A stretch of DNA of 64,000 nucleotides from an uncultured Candidatus Saccharibacteria bacterium (GCA_964638425.1 CAZWYM010000001.1:74441-138440), one strand, 5' to 3'; shown: positions 21,046 to 30,476, counted from the first letter of the stretch. The notes: generated by a model from the letters alone, not told the origin. Numbers and translations are program-made.

Positions 21046-21694
21046 ATCCTTAAATGATAGCAGATCTGTGTTTAAAAGTGAGTTGCGTTTCTCCAGAGCG
21101 CTGCCAGACTTGGAATCTCTCTCATTACATGAGCAGTACACCTTGTCGATATTTTGTTTCCTTACATCACAAAATATCTGGCAAGGTCTTCGAGGTCAGG
21201 GACTCGTCCCGCTTTTTCTAGTTCACTTCGTTCACAAGAACGCTGGACGCGGCTCGCTGTTTCGTCGCAAGCTCCTCATATCGCTCCGCCGTTCGAGTCC
21301 CTGACTGGCTAGCAACGACAAAGGCCACAGACGTATTCACGTTTGTGGCCTGTCGATTGCTGCCAGTCAGGGACTCGAAGCTTACAGCTTCAGTTCAGGT
21401 TGTATGATATTTTCTTTCAGAAAATCTCGACAACCTCCTTAAAAGTCTCCCAGACTTTTAAGCCCCAATAAAATGCGAATGAGGCGTGTCCTAGAGCCGA
21501 ATGAGTGAGTGTGAAAGAAAATGTGTTGAGTTTCCACAGAGCGCTGGCCGTCTCGGGCTAGAACCGTAGGTGACCAAGCCCAGCTTGACGGAATCAGCTC
21601 ATTTTACACTACCTTACCGACGCGTCTCGTGCATCTCAAAAAGTGACAAAAGTGACACGGAACAGCCTGTAATAGTTACAGTCATCTGTAACTA

Positions 21695-22243
21695 TTAGTA
21701 CATACAAAGACCCGAAATAATTGGCGTTAGTACTCTATAAATACAAATAAGGTAGAACAAAACAAAGAGAATATATGCAATTATGGTCAATCTGCTTTCC
21801 CATGATGAGCCACCTTTCTCAAACCGCTTCCTATGCTCTTTGTATGCCTCCTGAAATTTTGTAATGAAATCGTAGGAGATAAAGACGAGTCCTGTACCCC
21901 ACAAGAACGTGAGGGCTTGGAGTCCTTCAGGTGTTTGGCTTTGGAGATCACAATATGTCTGTGCCATAAAAATGAGCACACCAAATCCAACGCTTGCATG
22001 TAGTAAGGCTTTGTATACTGCATAGCCAGATACAAGCATGATGACAGTGAGGACAAATCCAATGGAAGAAACAGCGACAATAGAAAGACCAGAAAGAAGT
22101 TGGTGATTGAAGTAGTTGTTGTCAGCAAATATCAGAGCAGTAAAAAGAACCGCAAAGATGAGCGGTACTAATTTCTCCTTATTAAACCCAAGTTTCATAA
22201 GTCCAACTATACGCCCACAATACGAGTCTGCAACTATACCCAT
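21695..22243 (-). CDS. 5-TM membrane protein; paralogue of 7994..8563; last gene of the LexA-TIR-caspase operon
   Basis: Overlaps the upstream gene by 10 nt; shares conserved blocks with 7994..8563. Confidence 0.5.
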   Translation of the reverse strand: MGIVADSYCGRIVGLMKLGFNKEKLVPLIFAVLFTALIFADNNYFNHQLLSGLSIVAVSSIGFVLTVIMLVSGYAVYKALLHASVGFGVLIFMAQTYCDLQSQTPEGLQALTFLWGTGLVFISYDFITKFQEAYKEHRKRFEKGGSSWESRLTIIAYILFVLFYLICIYRVLTPIISGLCMY

Positions 22244-22932
22244 TCTTCGGCCCGAGCATATTCAATCCTTGTTTTTGCGCCATCGAGTATCTTGTCATCG
22301 AGGGAGACTAGCGGTGGTTTCCCTCTCGCTGAGTACTCCAAGGTCTTGAATAGGTACCCCAGAAACGATCCTGTGTATCTACAGCACCGAATGCAACATC
22401 GTATTTTGTCGGGCACCTCGTCCTCATATCCTTTCCAACGATACATTTGTGGGTAACGATCTATCCAGTCGTCAGTAATGAATGTCACCCACTTTATAAG
22501 TTCCTCTTGAGCGCAGACGTTACCCCTTTGACCCAATCGCACCAAACGAATCACCATGCGATCTTGAATGTGTTTGTCGCGGTCATCTGCTGGCGAAAGA
22601 AAAACATACAATTTCTCTTTATATCTCTCAAGGATCAAGTCAACTTCTGTCTGACGTCGGTACGGTCGTGCCTGTTTATATCGATAGCGAATCCATCTTT
22701 TTTGATACTCACGGGAAATGTGACGAGTTAAAGAGTCCCAATCAATACTATTGTTTTCGTTACGTAAGTTCTGTCGTGCATATTGGTACACAGGTTTTGC
22801 ATGTATAAAAATCCACGAGCTAGTGAGTGCCGGTGGTTGCTTCTCGTCAAGAGCCTGATTAAGTAATGCAATAGCGGTACAAAAATCCATAAGTGCCCAT
22901 TTGGGACACTTATATTTTACCTTCTGAAACAA
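22234..22932 (-). CDS. hypothetical protein with CCxRCC cysteine cluster
   Basis: 232-aa ORF overlapping the caspase-like gene by 23 nt; contains DKIRCCIRCCRYTG; no recognised fold. Confidence 0.45.
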   Translation of the reverse strand: MFQKVKYKCPKWALMDFCTAIALLNQALDEKQPPALTSSWIFIHAKPVYQYARQNLRNENNSIDWDSLTRHISREYQKRWIRYRYKQARPYRRQTEVDLILERYKEKLYVFLSPADDRDKHIQDRMVIRLVRLGQRGNVCAQEELIKWVTFITDDWIDRYPQMYRWKGYEDEVPDKIRCCIRCCRYTGSFLGYLFKTLEYSARGKPPLVSLDDKILDGAKTRIEYARAEEWV

Positions 22933-23857
22933 GTCTCCAATAGTGGTATCCGAGAGCCGTTAACTTACAGGATTTTGAGTTTTGAGCTGCGTAATACATG
23001 TGTTCTTCCCCGACAGGGACAACTAGTCCAATGCTCACAAATTTCTGTAAATTTTTAAGGACAGCAACCTTTTCAGGTATGGCAATATCTTTATTATCAA
23101 ACTCATACGTAGGGTCTAATGCGTATTCTTGTTCAGGCGTTGGAAAATACTCTGTTATTTTTCTAAGCGTCTCTGTAGGAACAGGAGGATTTATAGTTCT
23201 CAATGAAGTGAATCTAGTTACATTAGTCTTAAAGACTGGACGTTGATCCCAAGGACCAAGCGCTTGATCAATGTAAGCATAAACACTTCCAGGAGTTATA
23301 TGACCCCTTAAGTCGGCGGCACCTCCTTGCAATGCATCAATAAGCAAACTAGTAAAAATTCCATGACCATTAATCTCCAAAGCAACTTCGCTATCACGAC
23401 TGGCAGTTAGAACAACTACACCTTCAATAATTTGAGTTGTCGGTGCGGTAGTTCCTGTAGTGACAGGTGAACCAAATGAACCTGAATGACAACAGTCAAG
23501 AATGATTATCTTGTCCTTTGATTTAGATTGGTTTGCAATAGTAAGAATTTGATCCATCGAAACACCCTCATCATTTAGTTTGTAATCTGGGGTTACTAAG
23601 TAACCACCAAGAGTGTTCAGGTACCCATGACCTGAAAAATATAAGAGGGCAATATCGCTATCGCCAGCAAAAAGCTCTTTAATCGCCGTCATAAGATCAG
23701 ATTTTGTTGGAACATCAGTCTCAAGTCTGACATCGAAGTTAGGTGATCCATCACCATTCTTGCTGATAGTATTTGCAAAAGCTGAAGCGTCATTAATGCA
23801 CCCTGTTAGAGGCGATTGTGGGTAGTTATTAATCCCAACTACAAGCGCTTTTCTCAT
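22910..23857 (-). CDS. caspase-like peptidase C14 (metacaspase/orthocaspase-like) with a C-terminal domain of unknown function
   Basis: KALVVGINNY...L.GCINDA start; catalytic His in YFSGHG; catalytic Cys in IILDCCHSG. Confidence 0.8.
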   Translation of the reverse strand: MRKALVVGINNYPQSPLTGCINDASAFANTISKNGDGSPNFDVRLETDVPTKSDLMTAIKELFAGDSDIALLYFSGHGYLNTLGGYLVTPDYKLNDEGVSMDQILTIANQSKSKDKIIILDCCHSGSFGSPVTTGTTAPTTQIIEGVVVLTASRDSEVALEINGHGIFTSLLIDALQGGAADLRGHITPGSVYAYIDQALGPWDQRPVFKTNVTRFTSLRTINPPVPTETLRKITEYFPTPEQEYALDPTYEFDNKDIAIPEKVAVLKNLQKFVSIGLVVPVGEEHMYYAAQNSKSCKLTALGYHYWRLVSEGKI

Positions 23858-23858
23858 A

Positions 23859-24230
23859 CTACAGTTTGTTGATGAATGACTTTATATTGTCCCAATTCCA
23901 AACATTAACAAGACGACCATTCAAAGAAGATGGAAGCATAGGTCTATCTGAACCTGTATACATAAGCATTACTGGTACTTTTTCTTCGTTCGCAGTCTTA
24001 ATTTCATACAATTCACCAGTCGCCCGTGGTGTGTTGTTACTGATAAGCGCAATCATTCCGTCACAACCCTTAATTTTTGTTCGACATTTAGACTCCCAAT
24101 CTGTTTCCCACGGTGTTTTTACGGACATATCTACAAACTCAAATGGTGAGTTGTCATTTTTTGCTTGACCTACAAGAAAGTCACGGAACTTTTTGTCTTC
24201 AACAGCGAATGCAATAAATATTCTTTTCAT
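23859..24230 (-). CDS. TIR-like domain protein (DUF1863/MTH538-like)
   Basis: RIFIAFAVEDKKF...MIALISNNTPRATGELYEIKTANEEKVPVMLMY follows the DUF1863 TIR-like pattern. Confidence 0.6.
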   Translation of the reverse strand: MKRIFIAFAVEDKKFRDFLVGQAKNDNSPFEFVDMSVKTPWETDWESKCRTKIKGCDGMIALISNNTPRATGELYEIKTANEEKVPVMLMYTGSDRPMLPSSLNGRLVNVWNWDNIKSFINKL

Positions 24231-24251
24231 AATATGTTGTGGTTAAATCAA

Positions 24252-24491
24252 TTAATGTTTTGTATCTTTCGGTGGGTTTGGGTCCTTGCCGTAACTATCC
24301 TTGTCGGTAATCGTTCCGTCTCTTTTATGTATCACATGCTCAACTTGTCTAGACCTCGCCTCTTTTATTGATTTATCAATGGCCGTTTCTTTGGTATGAG
24401 AACTTACGACCGGTTTCGATTGATTTTCGACTTTGGTTTCCCACATACTTCTATCCTTATTGTATACGGTATGAATATTTCTTTTGGTCAT
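24252..24491 (-). CDS. DUF2188 family small protein
   Basis: ...VIHKRDGTITDKDSYGKDPNPPKDTKH C-terminus is characteristic. The track ORF extends to 24548; the Met at 24491 is preferred. Confidence 0.6.
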   Translation of the reverse strand: MTKRNIHTVYNKDRSMWETKVENQSKPVVSSHTKETAIDKSIKEARSRQVEHVIHKRDGTITDKDSYGKDPNPPKDTKH

Positions 24492-24496
24492 AATAT

Positions 24497-25114
24497 TTAA
24501 TACAGATCTGATGGAAGTATCGCAACAACAACTCCTTGGATCTGACAATTATCGGTTAATATGATTGGTCTATACGTTTTATTGGATGATTTTGGTCTTA
24601 GGATCACCGCACCATCAGCTCTTTCAAAGTATTTGAGAGTTGTCTCATCATTGATGAGGGCAACAACTTTATCTCCAGTCTCTGCTGACTCTTGCTGTCG
24701 AATGAGTAGAAGGTCACCACTATTGATACCAGCAAGATTCATCGAGTCGCCCATAGCACGCAAAAGAAAATAAGTAGAACCACTTCTCGCCATCTCAGTT
24801 GAGACTGGAATGTAGTCTAAAATATTTTCCTCGGCTAGCATTGGAGTACCACACGTCACTGCACCTACTAGGGGTACGTCAATCGTGTTAACTGAATTAT
24901 TGAGCCTCGGGGATGTTAAGACGAGACTTCGCCCGCTTCGCTTCACAAGTCCTGCTTTTTCTAAGCGATCAATTACTAGACTGGCTGATCGGGGTGATTT
25001 ACCGCCAGTAACCTCATTGATCTCCTGTAGGGTAGGGCTTTTGCCATACGTAGTAATCTTGTTGCGGATAAGTCCAAGGGCTTTCTTGTCTTTGTCACTG
25101 AGATTATTTATCAT
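24497..25114 (-). CDS. lexA: LexA repressor (wHTH + S24 peptidase)
   Basis: N-terminus ALGLIRNKITTYGKSPTLQEINEVTG...PRSASLVIDRLEKAGLV is LexA-like. S24 Ser-Lys dyad (GDSM, TTLKYF). Confidence 0.8.
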   Translation of the reverse strand: MINNLSDKDKKALGLIRNKITTYGKSPTLQEINEVTGGKSPRSASLVIDRLEKAGLVKRSGRSLVLTSPRLNNSVNTIDVPLVGAVTCGTPMLAEENILDYIPVSTEMARSGSTYFLLRAMGDSMNLAGINSGDLLLIRQQESAETGDKVVALINDETTLKYFERADGAVILRPKSSNKTYRPIILTDNCQIQGVVVAILPSDLY

Positions 25115-25174
25115 GGTATAAATAGTATAACAAATGCTATACAATCCAGCAAACAGTGCTAAAATTAGGATACT

Positions 25175-25843
25175 ATGAGTAATGAATCAGAGAAAGAATA
25201 CAAAGTACAGATACCTGAGAGTCTACTCTCTTTCACGCAGTTTCCTGATCTCTCTGCTATTCAAAAGTCACTTAAGCCAATTTTTGAACAACGTGAGACT
25301 TTTCTAAATTTAGCTAAAAGTATGAAGCCAATTGCAGATATGGCTGTACAACTCCAGAAGCGGTACAAGCAACATAATTCTCTTACACGTGAAATGGTTA
25401 TTCCGTATCACCGACCTGTTGAGTACAAAATTTTGGATGAGCTGAGAAGCATCAATGAAAACCAACAAGAGATAACCAAAAATCAGCAAGCTATACTTGA
25501 TCTCCGTGAAGATGGTGTCGATTGTATCATTTATGATGTGGGGGATGGATCACTCTCACATGTGCTGGGTGGGAGTAATTTTTCGTACGACATGACGAGT
25601 GATGGAAAACGAAAGCAAATGTTTGAGATACTGTTTCGGACTAGGAAGTATGTAAATACAAATGACTTAAAGGAGTCATTGGGGTGTCCGTCAACACAAG
25701 CGGTGGCAAAGATTGTACAGACGTTTAATGCCTACGCGAGTGACATGCTTCGGCTTAACGGTGAAAAACTTATTCAAGGGAGGAAAGGTTCTGGCTATCG
25801 AATTAATCCGAAAATAAGAGTTGAGAGCAGTCGAAATTATTAG
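25175..25843 (+). CDS. hypothetical protein; first gene divergent from lexA
   Basis: 222-aa ORF with its own downstream terminator. Confidence 0.45.
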   Translation: MSNESEKEYKVQIPESLLSFTQFPDLSAIQKSLKPIFEQRETFLNLAKSMKPIADMAVQLQKRYKQHNSLTREMVIPYHRPVEYKILDELRSINENQQEITKNQQAILDLREDGVDCIIYDVGDGSLSHVLGGSNFSYDMTSDGKRKQMFEILFRTRKYVNTNDLKESLGCPSTQAVAKIVQTFNAYASDMLRLNGEKLIQGRKGSGYRINPKIRVESSRNY

Positions 25844-25872
25844 GTGGACATCAAGGTGAGTGGATAATACAG

Positions 25873-25905
25873 AAAACAGCCTTTTAAAATAAGGCTGTTT
25901 TCATT
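25873..25905 (+). terminator. rho-independent terminator
   Basis: aaaacagcctt ttaaaataa ggctgtttt followed by a T-run. Confidence 0.6.
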
Positions 25906-25931
25906 TATCGACTCCATCTGGTGTCTATTAC

Positions 25932-27269
25932 GTGACTAGGTATCTATTTGCTTTGATAGAGCCATATCAACATAAGCAAGTAGTTATGAAGAAACTAATT
26001 TGGCATACCGCACAGAAACGAGTGAACGATCTTGTTCCGCAAGAAATTAATCCCCGCAAGATCACTGACGTACAGATGAAGGCTCTAACTGTGAGTCTGA
26101 GGAAATTTAATCTAGTGGAAATACCAGCTATTGATGCTGACGGTACTATCCTCGCTGGACACCAGCGTATCAAGGCACTCCAGCTCTTGGGTCGAGGAGA
26201 AGAGTTAATTGACGTACGAGTACCAAACCGCAAACTCACTAAAAAGGAGTCAAAGCAGTATCTCATCGGCTCAAACAAGCTTGGTGGCTATTGGGACTAT
26301 GATCTTCTCAAGGCGTTCGATATGGACACTTTGTCTTTTGCTGGCTTTGAGTCAATGGAACTAGCGAAGTTTTGGGATGAGGACAACGCTACCAAGGATG
26401 ATGACTTCAATGTAGAGAAGGAGCTAAAGAAGATTGTTATCCCAAAGACTAAGCTCGGCGATATTATCCATCTCGGACGGCATAAGCTCATTTGTGGTGA
26501 CTCCACAAAACCTGAAACTCTTGCACGACTCTTTGGTAATGAACGAGCGTCGATGATTTATTCAGATCCAGTGTACAACATAAAAATTAATTACGACGGT
26601 GGTATTGGTGGCAAAAAAGATTATGGTGGCAATGTCAATGATTCTCGTACCTTTGAGGAATACAAGACATTCATCAAAGATAGCTTGAGTTCCGCACTAG
26701 CAGTCTCAGACCCGAATACTCACGTCTTCTACTACTGCGATCAAATCTATATAGGACTGATTCAGGAGGTATACCGATCACTAGGTATTGCCAATAAGCG
26801 AGTGTGTTTGTGGCTTAAAAATTCTCAAAATCCTGTCCCGAAAGTATTTTGTAACAAGGCATATGAGCCTGCTGTTTACGGTGTGCGTGGTAAACCTTAT
26901 CTCGCAGGTAGTATTCAGGATTTAAACGAAGTTCTCAATAAAGAGTTTGGAACTGGTAATGAACTAGTTGCACAAGTTGATAGCTTTCTTGAAATATGGA
27001 CTGCCAAACGACTCTCTGCTAAAGACTATCAGCACGCTACGTCTAAACCCATCACACTCCACGAGAAAGCGATTAAACGCTGTACCAAACCAAACGACAT
27101 TATCCTCGATAGCTTCCTTGGTTCTGGTAGTACGCTTCTTGCCGCTGAACAGCTGGGTCGTCGAGTGTATGGCTGTGATCTTGAACCGAGATTTTGCGAT
27201 CTCATCATTAACCGCTTTGAAGCTCTGACTGGCACAAAGGTAACTGTTGAACACTATGAAGAAAAATAA
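25932..27269 (+). CDS. ParB-like nuclease domain fused to N4/N6 DNA methyltransferase (phage-type orphan MTase)
   Basis: ParB/Srx N-terminal domain (LAGHQRIKAL), DPPY-like motif SDPVYN, SAM motif DSFLGSGST. Alternative start at 25986. Confidence 0.8.
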   Translation: MTRYLFALIEPYQHKQVVMKKLIWHTAQKRVNDLVPQEINPRKITDVQMKALTVSLRKFNLVEIPAIDADGTILAGHQRIKALQLLGRGEELIDVRVPNRKLTKKESKQYLIGSNKLGGYWDYDLLKAFDMDTLSFAGFESMELAKFWDEDNATKDDDFNVEKELKKIVIPKTKLGDIIHLGRHKLICGDSTKPETLARLFGNERASMIYSDPVYNIKINYDGGIGGKKDYGGNVNDSRTFEEYKTFIKDSLSSALAVSDPNTHVFYYCDQIYIGLIQEVYRSLGIANKRVCLWLKNSQNPVPKVFCNKAYEPAVYGVRGKPYLAGSIQDLNEVLNKEFGTGNELVAQVDSFLEIWTAKRLSAKDYQHATSKPITLHEKAIKRCTKPNDIILDSFLGSGSTLLAAEQLGRRVYGCDLEPRFCDLIINRFEALTGTKVTVEHYEEK

Positions 27270-27669
27270 ATACCAAGAGCAGTTTCTCCTAGAGCTAGCC
27301 AAAGTACCGATTGTTCAAGTTGCGTGCGAAAAAACAGACTTATCACGCAATACGATATACCGTTGGCGGAAAGAAGACGTTTCGTTTGCTAAGAAAATGG
27401 ATCAAGCACTAGCTGATGGCGTGGCTTTGGTAAATGACATGGGTGAAAGCCAGCTTCTTACCCTGATTAAGGAAAAGAACTTCCCAGCGGTGCGCTTTTG
27501 GCTCAATAAACGTCATCCAGCATACAAAGACAAAATTGAAGTTACGACTAAAGAGGATATTGAAGCACTAACGCCGTCACAGGCAAAGATTGTAAGGCGA
27601 GCTCTTAAGCTCGCTTCAATTACCAAAACCACTTCCATTAAAAAGATAAATACTAAACATCATGAATAA
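27247..27669 (+). CDS. putative terminase small subunit (HTH)
   Basis: Small basic HTH protein immediately upstream of the terminase large subunit, overlapping it by 8 nt. Confidence 0.45.
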   Translation: MNTMKKNKYQEQFLLELAKVPIVQVACEKTDLSRNTIYRWRKEDVSFAKKMDQALADGVALVNDMGESQLLTLIKEKNFPAVRFWLNKRHPAYKDKIEVTTKEDIEALTPSQAKIVRRALKLASITKTTSIKKINTKHHE

Positions 27670-29152
27670 AATTATTCCCAACGCACTGGTGAACAAGATG
27701 CTGAAAGACCGTCTGATCCGTACATCTATCACCAAAGACAGTTTCCTCTACTTCTTCCACTTCTACTACGCCCACTACGTGAAGTACGAAACGGCAGACT
27801 TCCAAAAAGAAATTATTCACCATCTTGAAAGTAGTCCTACTGAGAACTTCTACGTTGTCGCTTTTCGTGGATCAGGTAAATCCACAATGGTTACCACCGC
27901 CTATCCAATATGGGCAATCCTCGGTAAACAACAAAAGAAGTTCTGCATTATCTTCTGTCAGACACGGGCACAGGCGAAGCAACACATGATGAACATCCGC
28001 ACTGAGCTTGAGGGAAACGATCTGCTTAAAAAAGATCTTGGTCCGTTCCAAGAAGAGAGTGATGAATGGGGTTCGCATTCACTAGTATTCAGAAAACATG
28101 GTGCTCGGATTACGGTTGCTTCGAGCGATCAGAGTATTCGTGGACTCCGCCATAACGAACACCGACCCGACCTTATCATTTGTGACGACGTTGAGGATGT
28201 ACAATCTACCAAGACTCGCGAAGGTCGGGAGAAAACCTATAACTGGCTTCGAGGTGAAGTAATTCCATCAGGTGATAAAAAGACTCGGCTAATTATTGTT
28301 GGAAACCTTCTCCATGAAGATTCTCTTCTCATGCGTATTAAAGAGGAGATTGGAAAAGGAAAAGCCAAGGGAGTATTCAAGGAGTACCCGCTTCTCGATA
28401 AAAATGATGTCTGTCTTTGGACTGGGAAATACATGGACGTAAAAGATATCGAGGACGAGAAGCTCAAAGTTGCGAGTGATATCTCGTGGCAACGTGAGTA
28501 TCTCCTTCGAATTATTCCAGCAGAAGATCAGGTTATCTATCATGATTGGATACAGTACTACGATGAACTTCCTCCAGTGAGTCATCGTGCTTTTCGTGGT
28601 CGGTATGCAGCCGTTGACTTGGCTATATCTGAAAAAGATTCAGCAGACTATACCGCTCTTGTGTCGGCGCACATTTATGGACGACGAGAGAAGTTGCGCA
28701 TATACATTCTCCCCAATCCAATAAATAAGCGACTCAATTTTCCAGCACAAGTCGATTTGCTAAAAGACTACAAACTTACCTATATGCCGAGTAGCTATGA
28801 TCTTATGTTTGTAGAGAGTGTTGCGTATCAAGAAGCACTTCCGCAGATGCTTGAGCTACACGGGATTGACGCTGAAGCCATAAAGCCAAAAGGTGATAAG
28901 CGAACACGATTATCGCTCACTTCGACTTCAATAAAGGCAGGTGTCATTAAGTTTCCTCGGCAGGGATGCGAGCGCTTGATAGAACAATTGGTTGGATTTG
29001 GAGTCGAAAAACACGACGATCTGGCAGATGCGTTTTCACTGCTCGTAAATGCTACACTTAAAAAACATATGGACGAATCTACGTGGTTAATGGCAAGTAT
29101 GGAGAGTACTCTTTTCTACAGTGACTATATTGATGTTGAAACAGGTAAATAA
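27662..29152 (+). CDS. phage terminase large subunit
   Basis: Walker A AFRGSGKST; ATPase plus C-terminal RNaseH-like nuclease layout with acidic residues (DDLADAF). Confidence 0.8.
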   Translation: MNKIIPNALVNKMLKDRLIRTSITKDSFLYFFHFYYAHYVKYETADFQKEIIHHLESSPTENFYVVAFRGSGKSTMVTTAYPIWAILGKQQKKFCIIFCQTRAQAKQHMMNIRTELEGNDLLKKDLGPFQEESDEWGSHSLVFRKHGARITVASSDQSIRGLRHNEHRPDLIICDDVEDVQSTKTREGREKTYNWLRGEVIPSGDKKTRLIIVGNLLHEDSLLMRIKEEIGKGKAKGVFKEYPLLDKNDVCLWTGKYMDVKDIEDEKLKVASDISWQREYLLRIIPAEDQVIYHDWIQYYDELPPVSHRAFRGRYAAVDLAISEKDSADYTALVSAHIYGRREKLRIYILPNPINKRLNFPAQVDLLKDYKLTYMPSSYDLMFVESVAYQEALPQMLELHGIDAEAIKPKGDKRTRLSLTSTSIKAGVIKFPRQGCERLIEQLVGFGVEKHDDLADAFSLLVNATLKKHMDESTWLMASMESTLFYSDYIDVETGK

Positions 29153-29157
29153 CGTGG

Positions 29158-30192
29158 TTACTCACACTGCGGACTCTTTGTTCGTTGGTATGAAGCAAGG
29201 AGTTCCTCAAGTGAGTTAAAGGATTTAAGATTTGAAGCACTGAGACTTTTCCAGCCATCACAATCTTCAGGATAGTAGTATTTCGCACTGTAATGTGAGG
29301 AAGTGTAGTATTTCGTTCCAGAAGTATTTGATACTGGAACGGCTGTATTTGTCTGTGTGTCCGTCTCAACCGCTGTTCCCGTAAGCGGATCACCGTCACA
29401 TGTATTCGATGACCATAATCCTTTTTCGGAGCTACGTGCACTTTCTTGTGCCGATTTAAATTCTGCCTGATATTTATACGCTACGTTGTATGTGTACTCA
29501 TACGCATATCCTTCTGTAATCATGTGTTTGTTGAAGAAAAGTCCATCATCTCGAAATACATACACAAGGAGTCGTCCATATTTATCACGAGTATCTTGCG
29601 TGGAGTCAGATTCAATACGCACACTCTTTCCTAAAAGGAGCTGTTTTGCCATGTTAGATGCTTCTTTTCCAAAACACTGCACGGGCTTTCGTGGATCAAC
29701 TGTTTCAGGCGTATCAATACCAATGAGTCGGAGTGTTTCAATGACTCCGTCTTTACGAATTTTAATAGTATCTCCATCAACGACATCAGTAATTGAATAA
29801 GTATCACCGTTTGTAACGGGTTGTTCTGTTGGAGTAATTTGAGAGGTGTTGTCGCCAGTTTGAACATTTGTATTTAAAACAGCTGGTGAGTCGGTACTTT
29901 CCAATACTTGTTCTTGCTGTGTTTCTCCCTCACTTAAAATGGATTCTGATTCAGTTACTTGCGTCTCAATGATTTTGTTCTCGCTCAATTCTCTCGGTTG
30001 TGTCGGTTCACCAAAAATATTTCCTATGAGACCGATTATAAAAAGAGTAATAAGTGCCAAATATATTGGATGTCGTTTCATCCATCGTATATACGATTTC
30101 TCTGCACCTGAGGTGCTTTGTGTTTGATCTGTATTCATAATGTGCTTGATAGGACTTAAATTTAAAGTAGCGAGATACAAAAAGCCCGCCAC
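29158..30192 (-). CDS. thermonuclease (SNase-like) family protein, membrane anchored
   Basis: DGDTIKI...RLIGIDTPE...GRLLVYVF...NKHMITEGYA matches SNase motifs. Confidence 0.75.
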   Translation of the reverse strand: MAGFLYLATLNLSPIKHIMNTDQTQSTSGAEKSYIRWMKRHPIYLALITLFIIGLIGNIFGEPTQPRELSENKIIETQVTESESILSEGETQQEQVLESTDSPAVLNTNVQTGDNTSQITPTEQPVTNGDTYSITDVVDGDTIKIRKDGVIETLRLIGIDTPETVDPRKPVQCFGKEASNMAKQLLLGKSVRIESDSTQDTRDKYGRLLVYVFRDDGLFFNKHMITEGYAYEYTYNVAYKYQAEFKSAQESARSSEKGLWSSNTCDGDPLTGTAVETDTQTNTAVPVSNTSGTKYYTSSHYSAKYYYPEDCDGWKSLSASNLKSFNSLEELLASYQRTKSPQCE

Positions 30193-30280
30193 GGGTAGAG
30201 GGCGAACCCTCTCGTACCAGTTTCCCGATACGGCCTATCAAGCAACCCCATGACGGGTTTTTTATGCTTGATAGGACTTT
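30144..30280. repeat. 15-bp direct repeat tgcttgataggactt (30144-30158 and 30266-30280) with an inverted copy at 30233-30246, in the nuclease/recombinase divergent region
   Basis: Seen directly. Confidence 0.5.
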
Positions 30281-30476
30281 TCGCCATGCCTCGGATAACT
30301 CTGAGGTTTAGGCTACTTCTATATATTCTGTTGTTGCACAATGATAACAGATTTTGCTACCGATTTACACCTTAACGCACAGATGCTGTTTTGTTAAGAG
30401 TATGACGCGAGTATGCGTCGTTTATCTAGTTCTGCATAGACTATGCACCACTGATGGTTCTGTCATTAATGGTCGT

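Noticed and set aside
21283-21322. tRNA- or tmRNA-like T-arm (gttcgagtccctg) in the 21.1-21.7 kb spacer
   Set aside because: No acceptor, D or anticodon arms could be folded around it; no tmRNA tag reading frame or RNase P/SRP consensus motifs were seen.
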